64,000 nucleotides of DNA from Cyanobacteria bacterium auto_48_18. GTDB lineage: Bacteria > Cyanobacteriota > Vampirovibrionia > Obscuribacterales > Obscuribacteraceae. Of this stretch, positions 7,922-17,264 are shown piece by piece. The notes under the pieces were generated by a model. That model did not search any database and had not been told where the DNA came from. It saw only the letters and a list, made by a program, of their open reading frames with translations. Every line of letters starts with the position of its first letter. Position 1 is the stretch's first letter. Both the position numbers and the translations under genes were made by a program. The stretch covers positions 64,001-128,000 of the forward strand of contig JAVHQC010000010.1 of the NCBI GenBank assembly GCA_036170915.1, read 5' to 3'.

Positions 7922-10042
7922 CTATCTGGCCAGTCGACCTGAAGTAATGCTGTCGTAGCTGATCACGCCGATATCGCGCAACAATTGTGCCTGTTGAATA
8001 TTGAAGCCAATAATGGCTTGAGCCTTGCGCACCAGGGCCTGAGTGAAATCGCGCTGGGCATTGATGACATCAATGTTGGTGCCTACGCCGTTAGCTAAAC
8101 GCACTCGTGCCAGGCGCAATTCTTCTGCCGATGACAACACTTCTTTGGTGGCCACTTCGATCTGGCGCTCGGCGGTGAGACTGGTCAAATAGCTGGTGCG
8201 CACTTGCTGCAATGTATTGATCACAGTTTGATTGACGCGCAAAGTGTTTTGCCTTGCCACCGCCCGCGCTGCCTGTATATTGGCCAAATCGGGCATACCC
8301 ATACCAAGAAAATTCCAGTCAACCCGCACACCAATTTGATAAGACTTACGCAAACCGCGGTCAGCTTGCACACTGGGATTATAAACAGCACCCACAGGCA
8401 CCACCGATTGCGGGCTGCTTAAAACCGCTGAGGCATTTTGCACAGTGACGGTCTGCGCAGTGGTTGCCGGCGCCGCTAAAGGCACGATAGAAAATGATGG
8501 GATAGTATTTTGCGTGGTGTTACTCAAGGTCTGGCCGTTACCGTTGTAACCGCCAAAAAATTGAAACTGCGGATAAAGCGGTGCTGCTTGCACTTGGATA
8601 TTGCGTTTGGCAGCCAATCTCAGCTGTTCAAACTGTTTCAATTCAGGACGATTTAAGATGGCAATGTTGATCAAATGGTTGATGTCGAGATTTGGATCAA
8701 CCAGACGCACCTTGCGCACTTCAGATTCTACCGAGAGTAAATTGATGGCACTATTTAGATTTAGCGCTGTAGCCAGATCGATGGCAGAACGACGCAATTC
8801 TACTTCTTGCGTCAGCAAAGCCTGTTCGTCGCGAGCTAACTGCGTTTCTGATTGCAGCACTTGAAAGCGTGTGCCAGTGCCGGCTTTCTCTAACTGCTGG
8901 TTGAGCAAAACCTGTGCTTTTGAAACATCTACCGCTCTGGTCTGAATTTGCAGCAAAGCTTGATTTTGCACCAGGTTGTAGTACAAACGAGTGACATTGA
9001 GCAGCGTGTCATTAATAGAAGCGCGCAAGCCTTGCTTGGCAGCGCGGAAATTATGCAGATTGGAAAGGCTGGAAAAGAGAACAGAGCCACCACGGAAACC
9101 AAAATATCTAAAACCGGCTGTAGCAGTGACAAACGGATTGCCGAAGCTCACCGGAATAGTACCGCCGATAAGTGAAGTACCTGCTTGATATTGTGAGTTG
9201 TAGCTGAGCAGAGCGTCCGGCAAAAAGCGACCAAGTGAATTACCCAAAATCCATTTGTTCTGGGTCACCACCTCGCGCTGTATACGAATATCAAGGTTGT
9301 TATCGAGAGTATATTGCACCACTTCGCGCAAAGAAATGGGTTGGGTATACGTCGCCTCAAGGCGAATTGGAGGCAATTTTGCCCCCAGGCTCATGAGCTG
9401 ATCGCCCATGGGCAGCCTTAACTCGATGGCCTCGCCCTGCAAAAATCGTTTGCGAAATTCGTCAGCTTGCGTATTGACCACATCATAATCACCCTGCCGT
9501 TCTTTGGCAGTCAGGCCGGAGGCCTCCAGAGGCACAGTCTTTGCATCCGCCGATAAACCAGTGCGGGCGTTAGTCTTGTCTAACGGTCCAGAATTCGTGT
9601 CCACAACGGGATCCGGCGGCCGTACTGAGGAATTGTCGCCAAAACCGGGTGTATCGCGCAAATCAGGTGAAATCAGCGAATTAGGCGTATTGGGCGTACT
9701 AGGCGTATTGGGCGTAATTGCAGGGCGCAAAGGCAAACCACTGGGCGGAGTGTCTGATCCAGTTCCATTGCCCGACGAGCCATAAACAGGTGCGGCGGCA
9801 GGAGTTGCCGGATTGGCCAGGCTGGCCGGCTGGCTGCGAGTGAGAGCCCCTGTGCCTTGATTAGTACCAGTGCCGGCGCCAGCTCTGGCCCCGGTTTCGG
9901 TATGGCCGGGGGTATAAGCATCTTGCGCTAAAGCAAAAGGCGGCAAGCCAAAAGTAAGGCCAGACGCTAAAGCATAAGCAAGGCTCACCGCCAGTAAAAC
10001 GGAACGCCGCATTCTTCTTCTAACTACCTGGGACACCATCAT
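7922..10042 (-). CDS. TolC family outer-membrane efflux protein with long Pro/Thr-rich N-terminal extension
   Basis: Two OEP repeats (GTGTRFQVLQSE; GVGTNIDVINAQ), NRPEL, signal peptide. Confidence 0.88.
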   Translation of the reverse strand: MMVSQVVRRRMRRSVLLAVSLAYALASGLTFGLPPFALAQDAYTPGHTETGARAGAGTGTNQGTGALTRSQPASLANPATPAAAPVYGSSGNGTGSDTPPSGLPLRPAITPNTPSTPNTPNSLISPDLRDTPGFGDNSSVRPPDPVVDTNSGPLDKTNARTGLSADAKTVPLEASGLTAKERQGDYDVVNTQADEFRKRFLQGEAIELRLPMGDQLMSLGAKLPPIRLEATYTQPISLREVVQYTLDNNLDIRIQREVVTQNKWILGNSLGRFLPDALLSYNSQYQAGTSLIGGTIPVSFGNPFVTATAGFRYFGFRGGSVLFSSLSNLHNFRAAKQGLRASINDTLLNVTRLYYNLVQNQALLQIQTRAVDVSKAQVLLNQQLEKAGTGTRFQVLQSETQLARDEQALLTQEVELRRSAIDLATALNLNSAINLLSVESEVRKVRLVDPNLDINHLINIAILNRPELKQFEQLRLAAKRNIQVQAAPLYPQFQFFGGYNGNGQTLSNTTQNTIPSFSIVPLAAPATTAQTVTVQNASAVLSSPQSVVPVGAVYNPSVQADRGLRKSYQIGVRVDWNFLGMGMPDLANIQAARAVARQNTLRVNQTVINTLQQVRTSYLTSLTAERQIEVATKEVLSSAEELRLARVRLANGVGTNIDVINAQRDFTQALVRKAQAIIGFNIQQAQLLRDIGVISYDSITSGRLAR

Positions 10043-10098
10043 ATAAATCGCTCAAAGATTCCTAGCATTAAACAAGCAACTAACCGACCAGTCAATTA

Positions 10099-10665
10099 TT
10101 ATTTCACCAATTTTTGCACAGCTTTAAATTTATCTGTGCCTGATTCAACCAGCATTTCAAATAAACACATCTCGACAGTAGTCGGCAAAGCGCCAGCTGC
10201 ATACATTTTGGCTAAGCCGATGGCTTTATTCTCCGGCGCCCGACTGCCCAGGGCATCTGTAACTAAATGCACGTCATAGCCTTTTTTCAGAAGATCGTGC
10301 ACCGACTGATTGACGCAAACATGGGTCTCAATGCCACAAACAATAATTTGCTGGCGACCCAGCTTTTCAAGATGTTTGTCGAAGCCTTTAGCTCCAGAAG
10401 CGCTAAAGCACATTTTTTCAAAAGTCTTCGCCGGCTTGGCGGCCAGTTTCTCGGCGATTTCGGCCACTGTGACACCGAGGCCTTTCGTGTATTGCTCCGT
10501 GACAACAACAGGAAGGTCAAGTATATGCGCGCTTTCCACCAAAATGGCAATCTTCGCCGCTACCTGCGAAAACTGATCAATATGCTCGCGAAAGCGCTCC
10601 TGAACATCTATTACAAGGAGCAGGGCGCGCTCTGCATTGACTAAATTTTTGTGCCGACCCATCAA
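10099..10665 (-). CDS. Isochorismatase family hydrolase
   Basis: LLVIDVQE, TEQY, K-x-C-F-S, GIETHVCV. Confidence 0.9.
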   Translation of the reverse strand: MMGRHKNLVNAERALLLVIDVQERFREHIDQFSQVAAKIAILVESAHILDLPVVVTEQYTKGLGVTVAEIAEKLAAKPAKTFEKMCFSASGAKGFDKHLEKLGRQQIIVCGIETHVCVNQSVHDLLKKGYDVHLVTDALGSRAPENKAIGLAKMYAAGALPTTVEMCLFEMLVESGTDKFKAVQKLVK

Positions 10666-10833
10666 TCTATGTCTCCACTAACAGAAGACTAACAGGCAAG
10701 CCCTTTCTCTATGTGAACAGTGACAAATAAAGAGGCATTCGTGAGTTAGGAAAAACTCAGCTTCACGGAAGTAACGTTGTTGAATGTCCGGCTTTTCTTG
10801 CCCCGGGAATGTATGGTATAAGTTGCACTGTAC

Positions 10834-10906
10834 GGGGCGTTAGCGCAGTTGGTAGCGCGCTTCAATGGCATTGAAGAGGTCACCGGTTCGAATCCGGTAC
10901 GCTCCA
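10834..10906 (+). tRNA. tRNA-Ala(GGC), CCA not encoded
   Basis: Acceptor stem GGGGCGT/ACGCTCC with G3:U70; D-arm GCGC-AGTTGGTA-GCGC; anticodon arm CTTCA-ATGGCAT-TGAAG; T-arm ACCGG-TTCGAAT-CCGGT. Confidence 0.97.
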
Positions 10907-11010
10907 AATTTTGTTTTGACAGCATTTTGGTCTGCAAAAAGATGTTTTTCTTGCGCAGTTGGCTCAGGCGTGGCAAAGTATAACTGCACCGCATTCACCG
11001 AGATGAGCTG

Positions 11011-11850
11011 ATGAAGCCTCCTAAACAACGCCACCTGGCTACCATAGTCATATCAATCGCCCTGATTGTTTTTGGCTTGGTCTTGAGTTTAGTGCAAGAC
11101 ATCATTCGGCTGCCAGTGACAATCATGGCCGCTTGCACCAGGGCTACCACACCGGCAACACCCGATTTTTCCAAATATGACGCTCTGCTCAAAAGCATTG
11201 TCAAAGACGGAAAGGTTGATTATCGCAAGGCAAAAAGCGAGCCTTTGCTTGGCGCTGCTTTAGACGCACTGGCCACCACCAGCTGCGAAAAATTCACCAG
11301 CAATGATGATATTCTCTGCTACTGGATCAACGCTCACAACCTGCTCTGCATCAAACTAGTTTGCGATCATTATCCTCTTGAAACACTTTTTCCCGTGCGG
11401 CGAAAATTTATTGCCGACCGTTTTGTGGTTGGCGGAAAAACTATGTCAATCGAAGAAATTTTGGTTGATAAAATCCATCCCCGCGTGCTTGGCGATGATA
11501 GAAGAATAGCCGCGCCTGCTCTGGCTATTTTCCTGATTTGCCGCGGCTCCCTTGGCTACCCGCAACTGGTTGATCACGCCATTACCGCTTCTACAATGAT
11601 GGCTGACATGAATGCCAATATGGACCTCTTTTTGCACAACCCTCAAAACGTAGACTACCAGCCAAATTTATCGACTATTGATATTTCTCAGTTTTTCCAA
11701 TGGTATCGTGATGTCTTTGGCCAGGGCTTTTCAGACCCCTGGGAGTTCGTTCTTTATCATTACGATAAAGACGATAAACTGACCACTGATGCCCGCTTAG
11801 AAAAAAGATTTTTTGGCAAATTTAACTGGAGCGTCAATGACCGTAAATAA
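11011..11850 (+). CDS. DUF547 domain protein
   Basis: YDALLKSIVKDGKVDY, YWINAHN, ISQFFQWYRDVF and FNWSVND match the DUF547 pattern. Confidence 0.8.
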   Translation: MKPPKQRHLATIVISIALIVFGLVLSLVQDIIRLPVTIMAACTRATTPATPDFSKYDALLKSIVKDGKVDYRKAKSEPLLGAALDALATTSCEKFTSNDDILCYWINAHNLLCIKLVCDHYPLETLFPVRRKFIADRFVVGGKTMSIEEILVDKIHPRVLGDDRRIAAPALAIFLICRGSLGYPQLVDHAITASTMMADMNANMDLFLHNPQNVDYQPNLSTIDISQFFQWYRDVFGQGFSDPWEFVLYHYDKDDKLTTDARLEKRFFGKFNWSVNDRK

Positions 11851-13870
11851 CGTGGCCTCGCGGGCGATGGCTACTTTCACTACAGTATCGGTGGCACTGC
11901 TTACCAGTTCTTGTGCCACGAGTGCTCAGGTAGAAAACGGTAGTCAGGCCAATACTTTCGGTACCGCTGGTAGTGTCGTTAAACCTCTGGTGCCTGTTAA
12001 AAAATATGTGCGCCCAAAACTCTCCCCTGATCGTCCACTGCTCATAGTCTATCCTTCGCCGGCAGCCAATGTGCCTTCGTCAGGGTCTTTCATTATTGGT
12101 TCTACTTATCCTGGCTACACCCTGACGGTCAATGGCCAAAATGTGCTTATTAATAAAGAAGGTTTCTTTGCTCACGTGATTGCGCTCAATCGGGGGAAAA
12201 ATCAATTTGATTTACGCGTCAGCAACGCTGAAGGCAATCAGATTTATAGTCAATCGCTGGATGTACAAAGAGAGCAAGCGCGCCAATCTCTGCCGGCCAC
12301 ATCATTCGAATTTGCTAAAGACAGCTTTGAACCAAAAGACGATCGCGGCGTCAATGTAGGCGAAATTATTGAGTTTGCTGTACGTGCCACACCAGGCTGT
12401 CAGGCGCAAGTAATTCTTGGCAAAAAACATATTGCTCTATCACCAATTAACAACTTGCGCGTGGCGCACAGTGCCATGGGTCGCAGAAAGAGCAGCGCAA
12501 CTAAACTGCCTGGTTCAGCCATTAACCGTGGTATGGAAGCGGCCTACGGCCAGATGTTCCAGCGTCACTCGAATGCTGCTGATCTTTACGTCGGCTTATA
12601 TAGAGTAGAGGCGGGCGACAATTTCGAACAAGAACATCCACGCTTTCTCTTGCAAAAAGCGGGACAAAGCATCACCACGGCTGGTGCCGCAGCAATTACC
12701 GTGTTACGCCAGCCGCAAATTGCTCGCACCGCCCACGATGAAACAATTACTCGAGTAGCCCCTGACTTAGCCAGACTGACGCCTCTGCCTCAAGGTGTAA
12801 GGCTGCTTGTAGACGGCTATCAGGGCGAGAATATTCGCTGTCGCTACACGCCATCAAAACATATCTGGATCAAAAGAGAAGATCTCGATTTTGAAGAAAC
12901 CGGCAGCCCTGCACCAGAAGCAGTGGCACGCACTATAATAGTCAAACAAGATAACTACGGCGAAAGTCTCGTAATTCCGCTCAGCCAGCGTCTACCTTTT
13001 ATAATTGAACAAAATCTCAAAACGAATCACTTAATGGTCAAAATCTTTGGTGTCAGCGCCGACACTGACTGGGTTTATCAAGCTCCTGATGACAGCGGCA
13101 ATTCACATTTAATTGAAAACGTTTCCTGGAAACAACCTGAAGACCATGTCTACCAGATTGATGTTGATCTTAAAGGCTTGCGCCAGTGGGGCTATTTCGC
13201 CGACTTCGATGACAACAATCTCAATATTCATATAAAGAATGCTCCAAAAATCGATTTACCAATAGCCACTTCTGCCGGCCCGGCCGCCGAGGAAGCTGAA
13301 GTTGCCTCACTAAGCAGGCTTAAAGGTTTAACGGTTTGCATCGACCCTGGTCACGGCGGCAAAGAAACCGGCGCAATTGGTCCCTCCGCCATACGCGAAG
13401 CTGAAATCAACCTTGCCATTGCTCTAAAATTGCGTGATCTGCTTAAAGCCGATGGCGCCACTGTTTTCATGACCAGAGAAGATGATACGGATGTTTCACT
13501 GAATGACCGAGTTGATTTCGCCAAAGCAAAAAAAGTGGATCTTCTGATTTCAGTGCATAATAATGCTCTGCCTGACGGACGCGATCCGGTCAAAGAGCAT
13601 GGCACGTCAACCTACTGGTATCACCCGCAGTCTCAAGAGCTGGCGCGCGCTCTCAAAAATGGTGCGGCTAAAGAGCTGGGTTTTCCTGACATTGGCGCGC
13701 GTTATCAGAACCTGGCACTGTGCAGGCCCACCAATATGCAAGCCGTTCTAGTTGAAGTCGGTTTTGTCTCAAACCCTGATGAGTATGCTCGTTTGATCAA
13801 TCCAACCTGGCAAACCAAAGCTGCTCAAGGAATACTCAACGGTTTACATTACTACTTTGGACGCAATTAG
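11837..13870 (+). CDS. N-acetylmuramoyl-L-alanine amidase (Amidase_3) with N-terminal accessory domains
   Basis: IDPGHGG, E-A-E-I-N, ISVHNNA and VLVEVGF zinc motifs; ATG 11837 follows a GGAG RBS. Confidence 0.9.
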   Translation: MTVNNVASRAMATFTTVSVALLTSSCATSAQVENGSQANTFGTAGSVVKPLVPVKKYVRPKLSPDRPLLIVYPSPAANVPSSGSFIIGSTYPGYTLTVNGQNVLINKEGFFAHVIALNRGKNQFDLRVSNAEGNQIYSQSLDVQREQARQSLPATSFEFAKDSFEPKDDRGVNVGEIIEFAVRATPGCQAQVILGKKHIALSPINNLRVAHSAMGRRKSSATKLPGSAINRGMEAAYGQMFQRHSNAADLYVGLYRVEAGDNFEQEHPRFLLQKAGQSITTAGAAAITVLRQPQIARTAHDETITRVAPDLARLTPLPQGVRLLVDGYQGENIRCRYTPSKHIWIKREDLDFEETGSPAPEAVARTIIVKQDNYGESLVIPLSQRLPFIIEQNLKTNHLMVKIFGVSADTDWVYQAPDDSGNSHLIENVSWKQPEDHVYQIDVDLKGLRQWGYFADFDDNNLNIHIKNAPKIDLPIATSAGPAAEEAEVASLSRLKGLTVCIDPGHGGKETGAIGPSAIREAEINLAIALKLRDLLKADGATVFMTREDDTDVSLNDRVDFAKAKKVDLLISVHNNALPDGRDPVKEHGTSTYWYHPQSQELARALKNGAAKELGFPDIGARYQNLALCRPTNMQAVLVEVGFVSNPDEYARLINPTWQTKAAQGILNGLHYYFGRN

Positions 13871-13877
13871 AGACTCG

Positions 13878-14660
13878 ATGAAATCAGAAAGGGCTCTTGC
13901 CATCGATATTGGAAACTCAAGAATTTGCTGTGGATTGTTTGTCGACAGTGAGTTGAGCGAAACCTGGAATTACAGTACTGCTGACCCAGCTACTGCCGCC
14001 AGCCACCTCAATAGCTTGAATAGCAAATACGGGCGCGGATTAATTGCAGTGTCATCGGTGGTGCCCTCCACTCTTCCTAAAATGGTGGCAAACTGGCCCC
14101 AGGCGCAAAACAAAATATTTGAAGTAACCGCCCGCAGTCAAAATTTACTTTCTGGACTTTACGAGACGATGGGTTCAGACCGCATCGCCAACGCTGCAGC
14201 GGCTTATAAACTGCATACATCAAATAATGATGCCGCCATTGTGATTGATTTTGGTACTGCCACCACTTTGACCGCAGTCAATAATAAAGGCAATTTTCTT
14301 GGTGGCATGATCACTCTTGGTCTGATAAAAACTTTCCACGCACTGCACTATTCAACTGCGCAGCTGCCCGAACTTTCGGTGCAAGAAGTAGAAAGTCATT
14401 CTATTTCTTCGCCCCTTGCTTTCGATACGCAAATGACAATTGAACGTGGTTGCGTTATCGGACACATCGGCCTGGTCAAACATTGGATAGAAAGAGCTCT
14501 GAAGAGCCTTCCCAGCAATACTACGGTAATAGCTACCGGCGGATTGGCACCACTTCTGGCACCAGCGGTGGAGCTATTTGATCATGTCGACGTTAATCTA
14601 ACTTTGAAAGGAATCAAAATTATTGGCGAGGCGGCAAAGCACCAAGCGGGTCAAGTTTGA
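13878..14660 (+). CDS. coaX: Type III pantothenate kinase
   Basis: AIDIGNS, SSVVP, GSDR, IDFGTATT, GGMI, ATGG. Confidence 0.92.
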   Translation: MKSERALAIDIGNSRICCGLFVDSELSETWNYSTADPATAASHLNSLNSKYGRGLIAVSSVVPSTLPKMVANWPQAQNKIFEVTARSQNLLSGLYETMGSDRIANAAAAYKLHTSNNDAAIVIDFGTATTLTAVNNKGNFLGGMITLGLIKTFHALHYSTAQLPELSVQEVESHSISSPLAFDTQMTIERGCVIGHIGLVKHWIERALKSLPSNTTVIATGGLAPLLAPAVELFDHVDVNLTLKGIKIIGEAAKHQAGQV

Positions 14661-14802
14661 AACTTTGTTCTAACTGCTCACGATAGGCCATGTTGGTCAA
14701 GGCCTCTACCGAATACAGCTCATCATGCCAGTAACTCGCTTCGCGATCCTTAAGTTCTTCCAGACGCTTGAGCAAATTGGCCGGTATAAGCTCGTCTTGC
14801 AT
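14620..14802 (-). CDS. Small hypothetical protein (60 aa)
   Basis: ATG with upstream GAGGA RBS; helical, charged; overlaps the coaX 3' end convergently. Confidence 0.5.
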   Translation of the reverse strand: MQDELIPANLLKRLEELKDREASYWHDELYSVEALTNMAYREQLEQSFKLDPLGALPPRQ

Positions 14803-14845
14803 TAAGTCCTCAAATTCTAGTTTTTATTGGTGCAAAAAAATTGTG

Positions 14846-14886
14846 GTATCAATTCAAAAAGTATCAATTCAAATACATCAATCAAA
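14846..14886. repeat. Intergenic direct repeats GTATCAATTCAAA x2 plus a degenerate third copy
   Basis: Copies at 14846 and 14861 (15-bp period); ACATCAATCAAA at 14875. Confidence 0.6.
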
Positions 14887-14917
14887 TCTTCAAGCCACAA
14901 TCTCAGTTTAGTTCGCT

Positions 14918-14932
14918 TTGCGAATTTCGCAA
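14918..14932. promoter_or_regulatory. Perfect palindrome TTGCGAA-T-TTCGCAA, candidate operator
   Basis: 7-1-7 inverted repeat just before a TTGACT hexamer; the half-site CTTTGCGAAT recurs at ~15014. Confidence 0.4.
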
Positions 14933-15174
14933 TTCTTGACTTCTGCGTATATGCGATAGAAACGGGCGCCAGAGAAGCTTCTTCAAAGTGCAACAAAAAA
15001 TTGAAATCTAAGACTTTGCGAATATATATCAATGCGGTATTTTCGACTGACAAGCGTACAGACATCTGCCCTACTTTCTCATAAGCGGTTTTTTATCGGA
15101 CCTTTGATAAGATGGAAGAAGAAGAAAGCAATAAAGATAAGACGCCATTGAGAATGTAAGTTGAGGCAAGCACT

Positions 15175-15480
15175 ATGAACCTGAAACTACGCCTTGAAAA
15201 ACTGTGCGATACCCGCTCATGGGTGCGCCTGCACTTTATGGACGGCACCAGCTTAATTGGTCGAGTGTTGCGCATCGGCCACGACTATGTGGAAATCGAA
15301 TCTTATGGCGAAGCAGATCGGCACGGCATGCCAGACTACTCAAAACACCTCATTCCCCTGGGCCTGATCAAATATTTGACCATTGATTCACCCAGGTTTG
15401 CTGAAGCTGAAAGGCGCAGACTTGACTATATTTCGCAATTAGAATCCAATCCAGACACCATATCTGAACTGGAGCGGTAA
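15175..15480 (+). CDS. Small protein with a predicted Sm/LSm-like beta-barrel
   Basis: Helix then VRLHFMDGTSLIGRVLRIGHDYVEIE...HLIPLGLIKYL, an Sm1/Sm2-like pattern; GAGG RBS. Confidence 0.65.
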   Translation: MNLKLRLEKLCDTRSWVRLHFMDGTSLIGRVLRIGHDYVEIESYGEADRHGMPDYSKHLIPLGLIKYLTIDSPRFAEAERRRLDYISQLESNPDTISELER

Positions 15481-15521
15481 TTGGCCGTCATTAAGTGAAG
15501 CTCGCTGTGATTATTCTGAGT

Positions 15522-16934
15522 CTAACTCTTAGCCAGTGCGCCCTGTTTGCGCTTTTCGCTCCAGCCATCAACATTGCTTTGTTTGCCTCGCGCCACAGCC
15601 AGTGCGCCATCGGGCACCGGCTTCGTGATCACGCTACCAGCGGCTACCACAGCTTCAACGCCGAGCTCGACTGGTGCTACCAGCACTGAGTTACTTCCGG
15701 TAGAAGCACCGTCATTAATGACCGTACGCGCTTTTCTCTTAGTCAGGTGATCATAATTGGCAGTAATAGTACCCGCACCAATATTGACGTTATTACCTAA
15801 AGTAGCGTCGCCGACATAACTCAAATGCGAGACATTTGACTTGTTGCCTACCTGTGCTTTTTTCAATTCGACAAAATTTCCCACTTTAGAGCCGTTGCCC
15901 ACACTGTTGCCTTCGCGCATATGTGCAAACGGGCCGACTTTGCAATTTTCGCCAATGGTCGAATCATTCATGTGTGAATTAACGACTGATGATCCGCTGC
16001 CCACAATCACACGACCTTTCATTACGGTATAAGGCCCAATATGGCAGCCGGCGCCAATTTCAATGTTACCGATTAAGTAACAGCCTGGCAAAATAACAGT
16101 TTCTTCGCCGATGGTCACTTCCGGTGCAATCCAGGTTGAACTGGGATCAATTATAGTGACACCCGACTCTAGAGCCAGTTTAGTAGCGGTGATATCGCGC
16201 AAGTGTACCGTTGCTTCGGCTAATTCCACTCGTGAATTAATGCCGCAAACTTCACGAAAGTCAGTCAGTACAACAGTTTCAGTTACGTGCTTCTGGTGAT
16301 AGGCCCATGCCACCAGATCGGTCAGATAATATTCCTTCTGTCGGTTGTCGCACGAAAGCGAGCTCAAGCCGGAAGCCGCAGCGGGCCATTCGATGCAATA
16401 AATACCGGTGTTGACCTCAGTAATCAGTTTTTCTCCGGGCGAACAATCTTTGTCTTCGACGATGCCTCTGACTTTGCCATCTTGATCGCGCACCATTCTG
16501 CCGTAACTTTTGGCATCAGGAACTACTGTGCTCAGAGCTGTTATCACAGCTTTACTCTCACGGTGACTGGCTAAAAGACGCGCCAGTGTGTCACTTTGCA
16601 AAACCGGTACGTCGCCCACAGTGACGAGTAAAGTGCCAACAAAATCATTCAAGGCCGGTACAACTTGCATCACAGCGTGGCCTGTGCCTAGCTGCGGCGC
16701 CTGCAAATGAGTAGAAAACGGGCAGTTGGGCGGATTTTTGTGGACGAACTCACTGACCACTTCGGCGGAGTGTCCAACCACCAGGTGTAAATGCTCGAGC
16801 CCTAGAGCTCCCACAGCGTCCATCACTCGGCTGAGAATGGCGCGCCCCATAACCTCATGCAGCACCTTCGGCCGACTGGATTTCATCCGTTTACCTTGAC
16901 CGGCAGCCAGCACGATAGCTCTAACAGGTAGCAT
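15522..16934 (-). CDS. glmU: Bifunctional UDP-GlcNAc pyrophosphorylase / GlcN-1-P acetyltransferase
   Basis: LAAGQGKRMKS, LGTGHAV, EYYLTD, hexapeptide repeats, HLSYVGDA, GAGTITANYD. Confidence 0.97.
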   Translation of the reverse strand: MLPVRAIVLAAGQGKRMKSSRPKVLHEVMGRAILSRVMDAVGALGLEHLHLVVGHSAEVVSEFVHKNPPNCPFSTHLQAPQLGTGHAVMQVVPALNDFVGTLLVTVGDVPVLQSDTLARLLASHRESKAVITALSTVVPDAKSYGRMVRDQDGKVRGIVEDKDCSPGEKLITEVNTGIYCIEWPAAASGLSSLSCDNRQKEYYLTDLVAWAYHQKHVTETVVLTDFREVCGINSRVELAEATVHLRDITATKLALESGVTIIDPSSTWIAPEVTIGEETVILPGCYLIGNIEIGAGCHIGPYTVMKGRVIVGSGSSVVNSHMNDSTIGENCKVGPFAHMREGNSVGNGSKVGNFVELKKAQVGNKSNVSHLSYVGDATLGNNVNIGAGTITANYDHLTKRKARTVINDGASTGSNSVLVAPVELGVEAVVAAGSVITKPVPDGALAVARGKQSNVDGWSEKRKQGALAKS

Positions 16935-16979
16935 GATTTACTCCATAAACGCAGAGTGAAGATTATAAGCCGTCGCCAT

Positions 16980-17012
16980 AAAAAAAAGCCCCACCGCTTG
17001 GTGAGGCCTTTT
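16980..17012 (-). terminator. Rho-independent terminator on the minus strand, upstream of glmU
   Basis: Minus strand AAGGCCTCACC-AAGC-GGTGGGGCTTT then a U-run; two G-U wobbles pair only on the minus strand. Confidence 0.75.
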
Positions 17013-17090
17013 GAAATGTCCGCAGTGTTGGTGCCGCCCCAACAGACTCAATCCCTTGTGTCTCTCGTACTGGAGTTCCTGCGATGAACA
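16980..17090 (-). ncRNA. Candidate structured small RNA or leader RNA, family not recognised
   Basis: Nested stems CGCAG/CTGCG, ACTCCAGT/ATTGAGT and TGTTGG/CCAACA, then a terminator; TAATAT -10-like hexamer at 17094-17099. Confidence 0.45.
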
Positions 17091-17264
17091 AATATATTAT
17101 TTCCCATCAAACCTCATAAAACCTACGCTTTTAACCTTTCGTTTATTATGCCCGTAACAAGCGTAATACTACGTGGCATATACAATATGTACTCTGGGTG
17201 TGTACAAGATGTGAACATAACCCTGACCGTAGTACCACTTTAACCTGGCTATGAAATAGACGGA

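Noticed and set aside
10834..11010. tRNA-Ala as an integration site for an island or prophage
   Set aside because: No integrase and no duplicated tRNA 3' end seen in the window; the flanking genes look chromosomal.
14803..15174. Replication origin or CRISPR array
   Set aside because: No clustered DnaA boxes and no dnaA/dnaN nearby; the repeats are 13 bp with 2-nt gaps rather than repeat-spacer units; no cas genes
17017..17090. Match of the candidate RNA to the glnA glutamine riboswitch, SAM-I or the 23S sarcin-ricin loop
   Set aside because: Only short words match (GTTCATC; AGTACGAGAG). The required cores are absent (e.g. GGAAGTA...GAAGGAACG for glnA), and there is no rRNA context.
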